DNA of 64,000 bases from Candidatus Sulfomarinibacteraceae bacterium. GTDB taxonomy: Bacteria; Acidobacteriota; Thermoanaerobaculia; Thermoanaerobaculales; Sulfomarinibacteraceae. Made by a program: the position numbers and the translations under genes. The notes under the pieces were generated by a model. That model was not told where the DNA came from and did no database searches. It saw only the letters and a program-made list of their open reading frames with translations. Position 1 is the stretch's first letter, and each line of letters opens with the position of its first letter. The stretch lies in assembly GCA_963796455.1 (NCBI GenBank), contig CAWCLO010000004.1, forward strand, positions 864,001 through 928,000. Direction: 5' to 3'. Shown piece by piece: positions 16,160 through 26,602 of this stretch.

Positions 16160-17330
16160 GATGCAGAGGGGCAGAGGGGCAGAGGGGCAGGAGGGGCAGA
16201 GGGGCAGAGGGGCAGAGGGGCAGAGGGGCAGAGGGGCAGAGGGGACTCTGCCCTTATCACGTAGATCGACCCGCGACGATCTCCCTTTCCCCCCTTCTCC
16301 CTTTCTCCCTTTCAGGAACGGTATCCACCGCAGCCGTTCGATAGCGATAGCGATTCGATACCGATAGCGATCGTTACTTCGCCCCTCTGCCATGTAGAGG
16401 CTTGTTCTCGCTTTCGGGAACGGGAACGGGATCGGAACTGTCGTTCAATATGTCATCCTGAGCGAAGCGCCTTTGGCGCGCAGTCGAAGGATCTGCGGCA
16501 CAAGGGGACTTCGGTCCGTCTCATAGATCCTTCGACTACGCCCCAGGGCGGGCTCCGCTCAGGATGACATCGGGAGGAAACATCCCCATGCAGGGCAGAT
16601 CAGTGCCGGGTGGTTTCCCCTCTGCCCCTCAGCCCCTCTGCTCCTCTGCGCTGTGGGGCGCGGTTCTCCCTTTCCCCCTTTCCCCCGTTCGGGAACGGGA
16701 TACGGGATCGGCACTGTCGTTCAAGATGTCATCCTGAGCGGAGCGCCTTTGGCGCGCAGTCGAAGGATCTGCGGCGTTGGGTTTTCCCCGCGTGGGCCAT
16801 AGATCCTTCGACTACGCCCCAGGGCGGGCTCCGCTCAGGATGACATCGGGAGGAAACATCCCCGTGCAGGCCAGATCAGTGCCGGGTGGTTTCCCCTCTG
16901 CCCCTCAGCCCCTCTGCTCCTCTGCGCTGTGGGGTGCGGTTCTCCCTTTCCCCCTTTCCCCCGTTCGGGAACGGGATAGGGATCGGCACCGTCGTTCAAG
17001 ATGTCATCCTGAGCGCAGCGGCTTTGGCGCGCAGTCGAAGGATCTGCGGCGTTGGGTTTTCCCCGCGTGGGCCATAGATCCTTCGACTACGCCCCAGGGC
17101 GGGCTCCGCTCAGGATGACATCGGGAGGAAACATCCCCATGCAGGGCAGATCAGTGCCGGGTGGTTTCCCCTCTGCCCCTCAGCCCCTCTGCTCCTCTGC
17201 GCTGTGGGGTGCGGTTCTCCCTTTTCCCCGTGCTCCCTTTCTCCCTTTCGGAAATGAAACCGGGGTCGGGATCCAGCATCCAGCATCGAGTATCGAGCAT
17301 CGCGTTGCGCGATCCCACTTTCCGAATCGG
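16160..17330. repeat. Composite repeat, family A: (GCAGAGGG)n, conserved box, 3 tandem ~275-bp units each with a TGTCATCCTGAGC...GCTCAGGATGACA REP-like hairpin
   Basis: Hairpins at 16451-16569, 16727-16845 and 17002-17120. Confidence 0.93.
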
Positions 17331-17338
17331 GTGGGGGA

Positions 17339-18151
17339 TTACAGCTTGCCGCCGCAGTACTTGCAGTGCACGGCATCAGTAGCGTGGCCGCCGGCGCCGC
17401 AATCGGGGCAGGCCGTGGTGTTCAGGGCATGCTGCGCCGCGCTGGCGAGCTCGACGGTGACGATGCCGGTCGGTACGGCGATGATGCCGTAGCCCATGAT
17501 CATGATTGCCGAGGCCAGGATCTTTCCGAGCGGGGTCTGAGGCGCGATATCGCCGTAACCAACGGTGGTCATGGTGACGATGGCCCAGTAGATGGAAACC
17601 GGGATCGAGGTGAATCCGTTGGCCTCCCCCTCGATGAGATACATGAGGGAGCCGACGATGACGGTGATGGTCAGCACCGTGCCGAGGAAGATAATGATCT
17701 TGCGGGCGCTCGCCCTGACTGCGGCCCAGAGAACGCGGGACTCGCCGACGAAATGGGCCAGCTTGAGCACCCGAAAGATCCGCAGCAGACGGAGGGCGCG
17801 AATGACCAGAAGGGACTGCGCGCCCGGAATGATCAGGCTCAGGTAGGTGGGGAGGATCGCGAGGAGATCGACGATCCCGAAGAAACTGCGCGCATAACGC
17901 CAGGGTTTGCCTACGGAATAAAGCCGCAGCAGGTACTCGACAGTGAAGATGATGGTGACGATCCACTCGAAGGCGCGCAAGATATCGCCATAACGCTCAG
18001 CAACCGAGTTGATGCTCTCGAGCATCACCGCGATGACGCTGAGGATGATCAAAACCATCAGCGCCACGTCGAAGGTCTTGCCGGCGGGTGTATCCGCTTC
18101 GAAGATGATCTCGTGGATCTTCTGCTTGAGGGTCGGTTGTCGGTCGTTCAT
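17339..18151 (-). CDS. Voltage-gated potassium channel / ion transporter
   Basis: S4 RALRLLRIFRVLK; selectivity filter TMTTVGYGD; C-terminal zinc ribbon. Confidence 0.95.
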   Translation of the reverse strand: MNDRQPTLKQKIHEIIFEADTPAGKTFDVALMVLIILSVIAVMLESINSVAERYGDILRAFEWIVTIIFTVEYLLRLYSVGKPWRYARSFFGIVDLLAILPTYLSLIIPGAQSLLVIRALRLLRIFRVLKLAHFVGESRVLWAAVRASARKIIIFLGTVLTITVIVGSLMYLIEGEANGFTSIPVSIYWAIVTMTTVGYGDIAPQTPLGKILASAIMIMGYGIIAVPTGIVTVELASAAQHALNTTACPDCGAGGHATDAVHCKYCGGKL

Positions 18152-18241
18152 CCGGAAAGGATTCTATCAGGGGTGACACCGGTCACGGCGGACGGAATAA
18201 GGGAGACCCATTATCAATTGCACCAATTAACGGAGGAAATA

Positions 18242-19451
18242 ATGGCCAATGGATGGAGACGATTCAGTTTGTTTGTTTGTGCATTGTTTCTTTCAGGGTT
18301 GTGTAGCGCCACCGATCCACCGGCTGATCTCGCCCTGCAACCGGTCGACGCTGGATACGACAACCCGATCTGGGTCGGTGGTTCGGGCGACGGCACCGGC
18401 AGGCTTTTTGTCGTGGAACAGCCTGGGACGATCGGGATCGTCGGTATCGGAACATTCCTCGACATCGAGGACCGGGTGTTGAGCTCGCCCGGCGAGCAGG
18501 GGCTGCTCGGTCTGGCTTTTCATCCGGATTTCGTCAACAACGGCTATTTCTATGTGAACTACACCTACAATCCGGGCGGACAGAGCCCGGATATGACGAG
18601 GGTGTCGAGGTTTTCGGTGTCCGCGGGCGACGACGATGTGGCCGACGATCAGAGCGAGGTGGTGCTGCTCAGCTTCAATCAGGATGCCAGTAACCACAAC
18701 GGCGGCGATCTTCATTTTGGACCGGATGGTTTTCTCTATATCGCCTCCGGCGACGGAGGGGGGTCTGGAAGACATATTTGAAAACGCCCAGGATCTCACC
18801 AACCCGCTCGGCAAAATCCTCCGCATCAACGTCGATGCCGGGATCCCCTATGCGGTTCCGGGAGACAATCCCTTCGTCAACGTCCAGAATGCCTTTACCG
18901 AGATCTGGGCCTATGGTCTGCGCAACCCGTGGCGTTTCAGTTTTGACCGGGCCAACGGGGATCTCTTCATCGGTGATGTGGGACAGTATGAGATCGAGGA
19001 GATCGACCGTCAGCCGGCCGCAAGCATCGGTGGCGAGAATTACGGTTGGAGCTGCAAAGAAGGTGATGTCGTTCGCAACTACAACCCCTGCGACGGCAGC
19101 CCATTGACCGAACCGATTTTGGTCTATGACCACGACTTCGGCTGCGCGGTGACCGGCGGATTTGTCTACCGGGGGATGATCGGCGGGCTCCACGGCCGCT
19201 ATGTTTTCGGCGACTACTGTTCCGGCAGAATCTGGTTTGCCGTGGATGGGCAGACAGGGTGGACCGCAGCCGAGTGGGGCACCAGCACCGGCTACGGGTT
19301 GGCCTCCTTCGGCGAAGGCGATGACGGTGAGCTGTATCTTACGGATCGCGATGACGGTGAGGTCTACAAGATCATCAGCCCATCGGCCATCTTTGCCGAT
19401 TTCTTCGAGTCGGGCGATACCGCGGCCTGGTCGTCGGTGGTTCAGAACTAA
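18242..19451 (+). pseudogene. PQQ-dependent sugar dehydrogenase (GSDH/YliI-like) with one +1 frameshift near 18769
   Basis: EQGLLGLAFHP and NHNGG..FGPDG.LYI in one frame; AYGLRNPWRFSFD in another; may be a sequencing indel. Confidence 0.85.
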
Positions 19452-19455
19452 AACG

Positions 19456-20706
19456 ATGGGTCGCGGCTTCTCAGCACTCGCGGTTTTCGTGGCCATGGCG
19501 TCTCCGTCGTCGGCCGAGGTGCCCGGGGATCTTTCTCTCGAGATGGTTGCGGGCGGCTTCTCTCGACCTGTGGCGGTGGTTGGCTCGGGCGACGGAAACG
19601 ATCGGCTCTTCGTGGTCGAGCAGAGTGGGCGGATTCTCGTGGTGGACGAAGGGGAGGTTCTCGGGACCCCGTTTCTGGACATCGCGTCGCAGGTGGAGAG
19701 CAGCAGCAGTGAGCAGGGCCTGCTCGGGCTCGCGTTTCATCCCGACTATTCGGCAAACGGATACTTCTTTGTCAACTACACCTACGATCCGGCCGGCGCC
19801 GGGCCGGACGTGACGCGGATCTCTCGCTTCGAGGTCTCAGCCGACAATTCCAACCGGGCCGATCACGGCAGCGAGGTGGTCCTCCTTCAGTTCGATCAGG
19901 ATTTTTCGAACCACAACGGCGGCGGTTTGAACTTCGGTCCGGATGGTTATCTCTATATCTCGACCGGGGATGGGGGGAGCGGGGGAGATCCGAACAACCG
20001 GGCGCAACGACTGGAGACCCTTCTCGGAAAGCTTTTGCGCATCGATGTGGACGGAGGCGACCCGTATGCGGTTCCGGTCGACAACCCGTTTGTCGATCTG
20101 CACACCGCGCTGCCCGAGATCTGGGCCTACGGTCTGCGCAACCCATGGCGGTTCAGCTTCGATCGTCATACCGGTGATCTCTTCATCGGCGACGTGGGAC
20201 AGAACAATGTGGAGGAGATCGATTTTCAGCCGGCGTCGGCCACCGGCGGCGAGAACTATGGCTGGAGCTGTCGGGAGGGCGATCGGACGCTGAATTTCAA
20301 TCCCTGTGACGGCGCCCCACTGACCGATCCGATCCTGGTCTACGACCACAGCCTGGGGTGTTCGGTGACCGGAGGCTTCAGGTATCGCGGGAGGATCTCT
20401 TCGCTGTGGGGTTTGTACGTTTTCGGGGACTTCTGTTCGGGTCGGATCTGGCTGGCGGCCGAGGACGGAGGGGTCTGGACGGCGGAGCAGTGGACCGATA
20501 CCGATTTCACGATCAGTTCCTTTGGCGAGGACGATGATGGCGAACTCTATGTCGTCGCCTTCAACCGGGGCGAGATCTATCGGTTCGACGGCGAGACGGC
20601 GCCGCGGATGAGGCGGACCTCCGGAAGACGGGCTCTTCCGATCGCACAGAAAGGGAGAAGGGGAGAAAGGGTGAAAGGGGGATTTCCCCCTCACAACGAC
20701 CTCTGA
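19456..20706 (+). CDS. PQQ-dependent sugar dehydrogenase (GSDH family), tandem paralogue
   Basis: Signal peptide plus the same motifs, intact. Confidence 0.92.
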   Translation: MGRGFSALAVFVAMASPSSAEVPGDLSLEMVAGGFSRPVAVVGSGDGNDRLFVVEQSGRILVVDEGEVLGTPFLDIASQVESSSSEQGLLGLAFHPDYSANGYFFVNYTYDPAGAGPDVTRISRFEVSADNSNRADHGSEVVLLQFDQDFSNHNGGGLNFGPDGYLYISTGDGGSGGDPNNRAQRLETLLGKLLRIDVDGGDPYAVPVDNPFVDLHTALPEIWAYGLRNPWRFSFDRHTGDLFIGDVGQNNVEEIDFQPASATGGENYGWSCREGDRTLNFNPCDGAPLTDPILVYDHSLGCSVTGGFRYRGRISSLWGLYVFGDFCSGRIWLAAEDGGVWTAEQWTDTDFTISSFGEDDDGELYVVAFNRGEIYRFDGETAPRMRRTSGRRALPIAQKGRRGERVKGGFPPHNDL

Positions 20707-20754
20707 GTTCTCAGTCTCCCTATCTCCCCTGCGCCCTTTCCCCCTTTCACTCCT

Positions 20755-21050
20755 GCTTCGCCTCCGCTCAGGATGACACCGTGAGGGGACCGCGGCGATC
20801 CTTTGATCGACATCGCACGCCGTTGGCAAAGGACGGAAAGATCTTTCGGTTGCGGCTTCGACCCTCCGCTCAGGATGACAGTGGCCTCGACGGAGACTGT
20901 AGCTTGGTGTCGCCGGCTCTGACCGCCATGAAGTCGGTACCTCGCAGCCATTATTGTGGAACCTTCCGGATGTCATCCTGAGCGGCCTGTCACGGCGTAG
21001 CCCGGAGCAAAGCCGGAAGCGCCCCGGGCGCGGAGTCGAAGGATCTGCGG
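20755..21050. repeat. Cluster of REP-like GCTCAGGATGACA / TGTCATCCTGAGC half-sites between convergent genes
   Basis: Copies near 20763-20778, 20865-20880 and 20971-20983, plus agtcgaaggatctgcgg near 21034. Confidence 0.75.
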
Positions 21051-21057
21051 AATGAAC

Positions 21058-21684
21058 TCACTCCGGATTCAGATAGTGATGCCACAGCATCCTGGCCGCG
21101 ATGGACCGCCACGGTCGCCACGGCTCGCCGAGGGCCTCGAATTCGTCCCTGGTCGGGAGCGCCTCCAACCCCTTGAGATTCTGAACCGCCTTGACCAGCG
21201 CCAGATCTCCCATGGGCCACACATCGGGCCGACCCAGCACCATCAGGAGATAGACCTGTGCCGTCCACGGCCCGATGCCCTTGATCTTCACGAGCTCGGT
21301 CCGGACGTCGTCGTCGCTTTGATGTGCGAGGCCATCGAGATCAAGGGAACCCTCGATGAGGGACCTCGCCAATTCGCGACAGTAGAACCCCTTTTGACCG
21401 CTGAAGCCGATCGCCCGGAGCTCGGTGTCGTCGAGTGAAAGAAAAGCCTCTGGCTCGAGTTCGGACAGTCTCGAATTGAGCTTGTCGAAACACGCCCTGG
21501 CGGAAGCCAGCGAGACCTGCTGTTCGAGGATGATATGGACCAGGGTCGGAAAACCGGGTTCGCGGTCCCACAAAGGGGGAGGGCCGATTCGGTCGTGGAT
21601 ACGGGCCAGATCCGGGTCGGAAGACGCGAGGATCTTGGCGGCGCGTCGGAGTCCGCGAACCGTCAGCGGTTTAGGAGTCGTCAT
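21058..21684 (-). CDS. DNA-3-methyladenine glycosylase II (AlkA/HhH-GPD family)
   Basis: ILEQQVSLASA, IKGIGPWTA, DVWPMGD, WRPWRS. Confidence 0.93.
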   Translation of the reverse strand: MTTPKPLTVRGLRRAAKILASSDPDLARIHDRIGPPPLWDREPGFPTLVHIILEQQVSLASARACFDKLNSRLSELEPEAFLSLDDTELRAIGFSGQKGFYCRELARSLIEGSLDLDGLAHQSDDDVRTELVKIKGIGPWTAQVYLLMVLGRPDVWPMGDLALVKAVQNLKGLEALPTRDEFEALGEPWRPWRSIAARMLWHHYLNPE

Positions 21685-22890
21685 GTCGGGATGGCGTCCA
21701 GATCCGCTTCCAGACCTACCGACGCCGAAAACCGTTCGAGTGCGGATCGTGTTGCCGATCGGCCTGAAGAGGTCGAACCATCCTCGAGATGGCACGAAAG
21801 CACGGCAAGCCTGCCGGCCTTGCGGTCGGCTTTGAGATCGATCCTGGAGACCAGCCGTTCACCCGCGAGGACCGGCAGGGAGAAGTAGCCATAGATTCGC
21901 TGGGGCCCTGGTTTGTAGATCTCGAGCACGGCGTGGAAACCAAACAGCAAATCGGTGCGCTGGCGGTCCCAGATCAGTGGATCGAATGGCGATAGCAGCA
22001 CGCCCCGGTCTCGGCGGGGACGCAGGGTCTCCAACCGGGCGGCAAGTTCGAGATCGGACGGGCGAATCCATCCCGGCGTTTGTGGCGCCGTCGTCTGCGA
22101 CCAGGGAGCACGGTGTGATTTCGCCCACCTCAACCAGTTGATCAAGAGCGGTCGTGACGCTTTCCCGGCAATTGCGCAGTCTCCAGGTCTGGGCCAGGGT
22201 GCCGGTGGCGGACCATCCGAGGCCTTCGAGGGCGCGCAGCAGGAGCACGGCAAACGCCTCGCCGCGCGGCATGGGGCGATCCAGATAGGCGGAGGGAATC
22301 ACCCTTTCGGCCAGATCGTAGGTGCGTTGGAAATTTTTGCGCTCGCGGATCGCAAGCTCGCCGGATGACCAGAGGGCGGTCGCCACCTTTTTGGCGATCT
22401 TGAGGTCCCACCATCCGCGGCTGCCTTCGCCTTCCATGTCGAGGGTGCGGAGGGGGCCTTCCGCCCGGATCCGCGCCATCAGCCTTTTGGTTACCTCGGG
22501 GTTTTCGCCGACGATGTCGCCCCACCACGGGTGGTGATGGAAGTCTTCGCGCCGGAAGGCGAAGACGGGGTAGAGATCCATCGGAAGCCAGCACGCCTCG
22601 TGGCCCCAGTATTCGAAGAGCGGTTCGCCGGGCTGCAGGAGCTCTTCACCCAGAGATGTATCAAAACCCTCGATCCTGGAGGACGGAACGATGGAGTGGC
22701 TGCGAGCTCCAGCGATCGCCACGGTGTCGAGCTGGAGATAGCCGAAGCGATCGATGACGGTGTGCGCCGCCTTTCGCGCCCTCTTTCCACGTCCGGCCGC
22801 TCGCTGAGGCATCCCGGTCCACTCGGGTTTGAGCAGACCGCCCCGGCACAGGGCCAACCGCCTGGCGGCGCGGGTGTTGATGGATTCCAT
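21681..22890 (-). pseudogene. YcaQ/AlkZ-family (HTH_42) crosslink-repair glycosylase with one frameshift near 22074
   Basis: LQLD...ARSH and LFEYWGHEA in one frame; LLSPFDPLIWDR...EIYKP...RIYGYF.LPVL in another. Confidence 0.88.
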
Positions 22891-22949
22891 GGAGGATGAT
22901 TCTACGAGAACCCAAACCCCGAGGGGCGAAAAAGCACAGGCGGCCCCGA

Positions 22950-24295
22950 CGGATGAACGCCCACAGATTACCCAGATGGACTCGGATTGAGGACGCCGCA
23001 AACACGAAGACACAAAGACACGAAGGAGCCACACCAAGAAAACCACAGAGGCACGGAGGCACGGAGAGAGAGAAAGAACGCCCGCAGATCACGCAGATGG
23101 ACGCAGATCCATCGCAAAGAACACAGAGACGCAGAGCCGGAGCGGTGATCAGATAGGCCCACAGATTACCCAGATGGACCAAGGAAGAGGACGCCGCAAA
23201 CACGAAGACACAAAGACACGAAGGAGCCACACCAAGAAAACCACAGAGGCACGGAGACACGGAGAGAGAGAGAACGCCCGCAGATCACGCAGATGGACGC
23301 AGATCCATCGCAAAGAACACAGAGACGCAGAGCCGGAGCGGTGATCAGATAGGCCCACAGATTACCCAGATGGACCAAAGAAGAGGACGCCGCAAACACG
23401 AAGACACAAAGACACGAAGGAGCCACACCAAGAAAACCACAGAGGCACGGAGACACAGAGAGATCACATCGGAGAAGTGCAGCCGAGACGGCTGCACCAC
23501 CATGGTGGTGCACGCGTCTCGCGTGCACATGGTTGAACCGCGAAGAACAACGCAAAGAACGCAAAGTCGCAAAGACGCCAAGGCTCGGTTGCCGAGATTG
23601 TGGGAGGGTGCCATCAGTGTCGGCAGATCGACAGACGATCTCCGATCGCCCGTCGCCGGTGAGAAGCGGGGCGCCTCCGATCGCCAGCGCTCGGAGTCAC
23701 CCCGCTCCCCACCGACCGGCACGCCTCCGGCATGCCGGATCCGCCTTGCATCGAAGACCCCCATTCTTGATTGAAGGAAAGGGGAGGGGATAGGCGAGAC
23801 CTGCGCGGTCGCGCAGGCCGCTGGGTAAGGAAACCGCGACGAAAGCTGGTTTTCGGGGCGGTTTCCTGACCCAGCGGTTCATGGCCGCCCTTGGCGGCCA
23901 GGATCTCGCCGGACTGGGGATGTTGACGGGAAGTCCTCTGCGTCTCTGCGTTAAGAACTCGGTAAGCGGAAGCTGTTTGCCTGTCGACGGGTCGAGGGGG
24001 ATCACTATCTAGGTTCATCTGGGTAAGAACTGCGCTGCTTTGCGATGTCTTCGCGTCTTTGCGCCTTTGCGTTGATAAACCCGAGAGTGCTGACGTCGTT
24101 CGTATTCAGCGGTGGCTGATGCCTTCACAATCAGGCGGTCATCTGCGTCTATCTGCGTGATCTGCGGGCTACTCGCGCTGCGTTGCGATGCCTTCTGTGT
24201 TTTTCTGTGTGTTCTGTGGGCTCATTGCACTGTTTTGTGACGTCTTCGTGTCTTTGTGCCTTCGTGTTTGCGACGGGAGATGTCCGGCTCTCTGT
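22950..24295. repeat. Composite repeat, family B: ~197-bp tandem A-rich units, structured core, T-rich inverted arm
   Basis: Units start at 22959, 23157 and 23353; core 23470-24010 recurs at 41215-41750 and partly at 35775-36010. Confidence 0.9.
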
Positions 24296-24338
24296 GTCGG
24301 CCATGCGCCTCGGAGGTTCTGCTGATCGTGCAGATCCA

Positions 24339-26000
24339 CTACACCGCGGCAGGGACCTCTTCGGACGCGGACACGGACACCGACTCGGGCACGGTGTTTT
24401 TTGCCGGGATCTGGGAGCAGACGTGCTCGGAGAGCGCGGTGATGGTCAGCGATGGGTTGACGCCGAGGTTGGCACCGATCATGGACCCATCCATCACATA
24501 AAGCCCCTCGTGGCCGAAGACCCGCCCCGAAGAGTCGATCACACCGGAGGACGCGTCGCGGCCGATCCCGCAGCCACCGAGGATATGGGCGGTGGTCGAG
24601 GTGTCCAGGAGGACCTCGTTGAGGGTCGACTGGGGGATGGCATCGAGATCGGCTGCCACCTCGCGTGCGATCTCGTTGGCGACCGGAATGTAGGAGGGAA
24701 TTCCGGGTTGATTGGGATCGGGCTGGGTCGTCAGGGTCTTCGAAAACGGCCAGAGGAGCTGCCGTTTGCGAACCAACCGGGTGTGGTTGTCGGCCGTCTG
24801 CATCGCCATGACCACCGCACCGGTTTCAGCCTTGCCCCAGGGTTTGAGGATGCGCAAAAAGTCGATAGGGTGACGCAGAATGTTGCCGATCCAGCGAAGC
24901 TGGCGCGGGATCTTACCGCCACCATTCGTCAACAATGTGCCGAGCAACAACATCACATCCGAACCCTTTGAAAACCGAACGGTCTCGAAGTGGGTCTGCT
25001 CGTCGATCTCGACCTTGGCGGCGATGGCGATGCCCTCCCAGAGATCCTTGCGGCTCTTGGAGGTCACTCCGAGGAGGGCTTCCGAGTTGGTGCGCACGAC
25101 GTTGCCGAGGCTGTCTGAAATACCCGGCAGCGCGCCTGATTCTTTGCACTCCATCAAAAGGGGAACCGTGCCCAGGACGCCGCCGGAGAAACACGACCTG
25201 GTTTGCGGTGAGCGATGCCGGTGGTCTATGGAGAACCAGCCATTTTTGCGTGTCCAGTGGATTCGGTATCCGCCGCCATCGAGGGCCTCGACGAGAGTCA
25301 CCCGCGTATCGGCTACGACCTCGGCGCCGTTTTTTTCGGCGAGGTAGAGATAATTCTTGTCGAGGGTGTTTTTGGCACCGGGGCGGCACCCGACCATGCA
25401 ACCGCCGCAAAAGGTGCAGCCGGTGCGTTCGGGGCCTTCGCCATCAAAGTAGGGGTCGGGAACGGTGACGTCGGGGTCACCAAAATAGACGGCCACCGGA
25501 GTTCGGCGGAAGGTGTCTTCTTTACCCCGCCTCGCCGCGGCGCGGCGCAAAGCTTCGTCAGCGGGTCCCAATTTTGGGCTTTCGGTCACGCCCAACATTT
25601 TCCGGGCGGTTTCGTAATGCTCGGGCATGATCGTCTGCCAGTCTTCGAGACCCCGCCATTGCGGATCGTCCCACACCGAGTTGGGTGGTTCGAAGAGCGT
25701 ATTTGCGTAGACCAGGCTGCCGCCGCCGACGCCGACGCCGTGCAGCACCAGCGCTTCGCGCAGCAATCGCAAACCGAAGATGCCCCGGCACCCGATATAC
25801 GGGAACCAGAACGACTTGCGGATGTTCCAGTTGGTCTTCGGGAAGTCCTGCGGCCGCCAGCGCCGGCCTTTTTCGAGGACCGTCACGGCATAACCCTTTT
25901 CGGTGAATCGGTGCGCCGCCACCGATCCGCCGAAGCCGGAGCCGATGATGGCAACGTCGGTGTCGAAGGCGTTTTCGCCGGGAGCACTTTGTTGTTTCAT
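24339..26000 (-). CDS. GMC oxidoreductase (cholesterol oxidase-like)
   Basis: IIGSGFGGSV FAD motif, GVGGGSLVYAN, TAHILGG, GVNPSLTI. Confidence 0.93.
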   Translation of the reverse strand: MKQQSAPGENAFDTDVAIIGSGFGGSVAAHRFTEKGYAVTVLEKGRRWRPQDFPKTNWNIRKSFWFPYIGCRGIFGLRLLREALVLHGVGVGGGSLVYANTLFEPPNSVWDDPQWRGLEDWQTIMPEHYETARKMLGVTESPKLGPADEALRRAAARRGKEDTFRRTPVAVYFGDPDVTVPDPYFDGEGPERTGCTFCGGCMVGCRPGAKNTLDKNYLYLAEKNGAEVVADTRVTLVEALDGGGYRIHWTRKNGWFSIDHRHRSPQTRSCFSGGVLGTVPLLMECKESGALPGISDSLGNVVRTNSEALLGVTSKSRKDLWEGIAIAAKVEIDEQTHFETVRFSKGSDVMLLLGTLLTNGGGKIPRQLRWIGNILRHPIDFLRILKPWGKAETGAVVMAMQTADNHTRLVRKRQLLWPFSKTLTTQPDPNQPGIPSYIPVANEIAREVAADLDAIPQSTLNEVLLDTSTTAHILGGCGIGRDASSGVIDSSGRVFGHEGLYVMDGSMIGANLGVNPSLTITALSEHVCSQIPAKNTVPESVSVSASEEVPAAV

Positions 26001-26155
26001 GGGCCTCCTTCGCAGAGTGTACCCGTTTTTGCCGCACTTCGGCAATAAGCTCAACTTTATAATCCTGTCCGAAACTCGCCATCCGATCCCGTCCCCGATC
26101 CGGATCCCGGTCCCGATTGATGCTCGGAGGCTCCAGAAACAGTTATAATCCCCCC

Positions 26156-26602
26156 ATGAGAACGGTGTTTCTGTGCCTCGCAATGTCGGTACTGGCGGTA
26201 TCCGCCGCAACCGCAGCTGATCCGCCCCTGGTGGACGGCGTATCGGGCGCACCGCTCGCCTGGGGTGATTGGTTGCCTCGGAAGGGCCCGGTGGCGGTCC
26301 TGGTCTGGACATCGTGGGCACCCGATGCCGAGACGGTTATGGACCGCTACGAGGGCATCAACGAAGCCTGCGCGGAGGCGGGTCTTTTTCTGGTGATCCT
26401 CGATGTGCAGGAGAGCCTCGAAGATGGGCGTTCAGCACTCGGACCCCGCGGTGTCAATTGGATTCACGACCGCCACGGCGCGCTCCTCAAGACCTATCGG
26501 ATCATCAAGGTCCCGTCCCTACTGCTGCTCTCGGCTGACGGCGAGACCCTCGGCAAGATCGATGCGAGCGCCGAGGCCGTCCTGAACTGGAAAACCCCTT
26601 GA
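26156..26602 (+). CDS. Secreted thioredoxin-fold (TlpA-like) protein lacking CxxC
   Basis: Signal peptide; VWTSWAPDA occupies the WCxxC position. Confidence 0.7.
   Translation: MRTVFLCLAMSVLAVSAATAADPPLVDGVSGAPLAWGDWLPRKGPVAVLVWTSWAPDAETVMDRYEGINEACAEAGLFLVILDVQESLEDGRSALGPRGVNWIHDRHGALLKTYRIIKVPSLLLLSADGETLGKIDASAEAVLNWKTP

Noticed and set aside
15979..17492. Low-complexity ORFs (PLCPSA, GQRGRGAE repeats), and similar ORFs at 22661-24018, 31443-32650 and 41014-41908
   Set aside because: They are translations of non-coding repeat elements.
17366..18241. Long N-terminal extensions in the ORF track (also 28951-30090, 33863-35440, 19201, 39539, 24339-26321)
   Set aside because: The extensions overlap real genes or lie antisense to them; downstream starts fit the family N-termini better.
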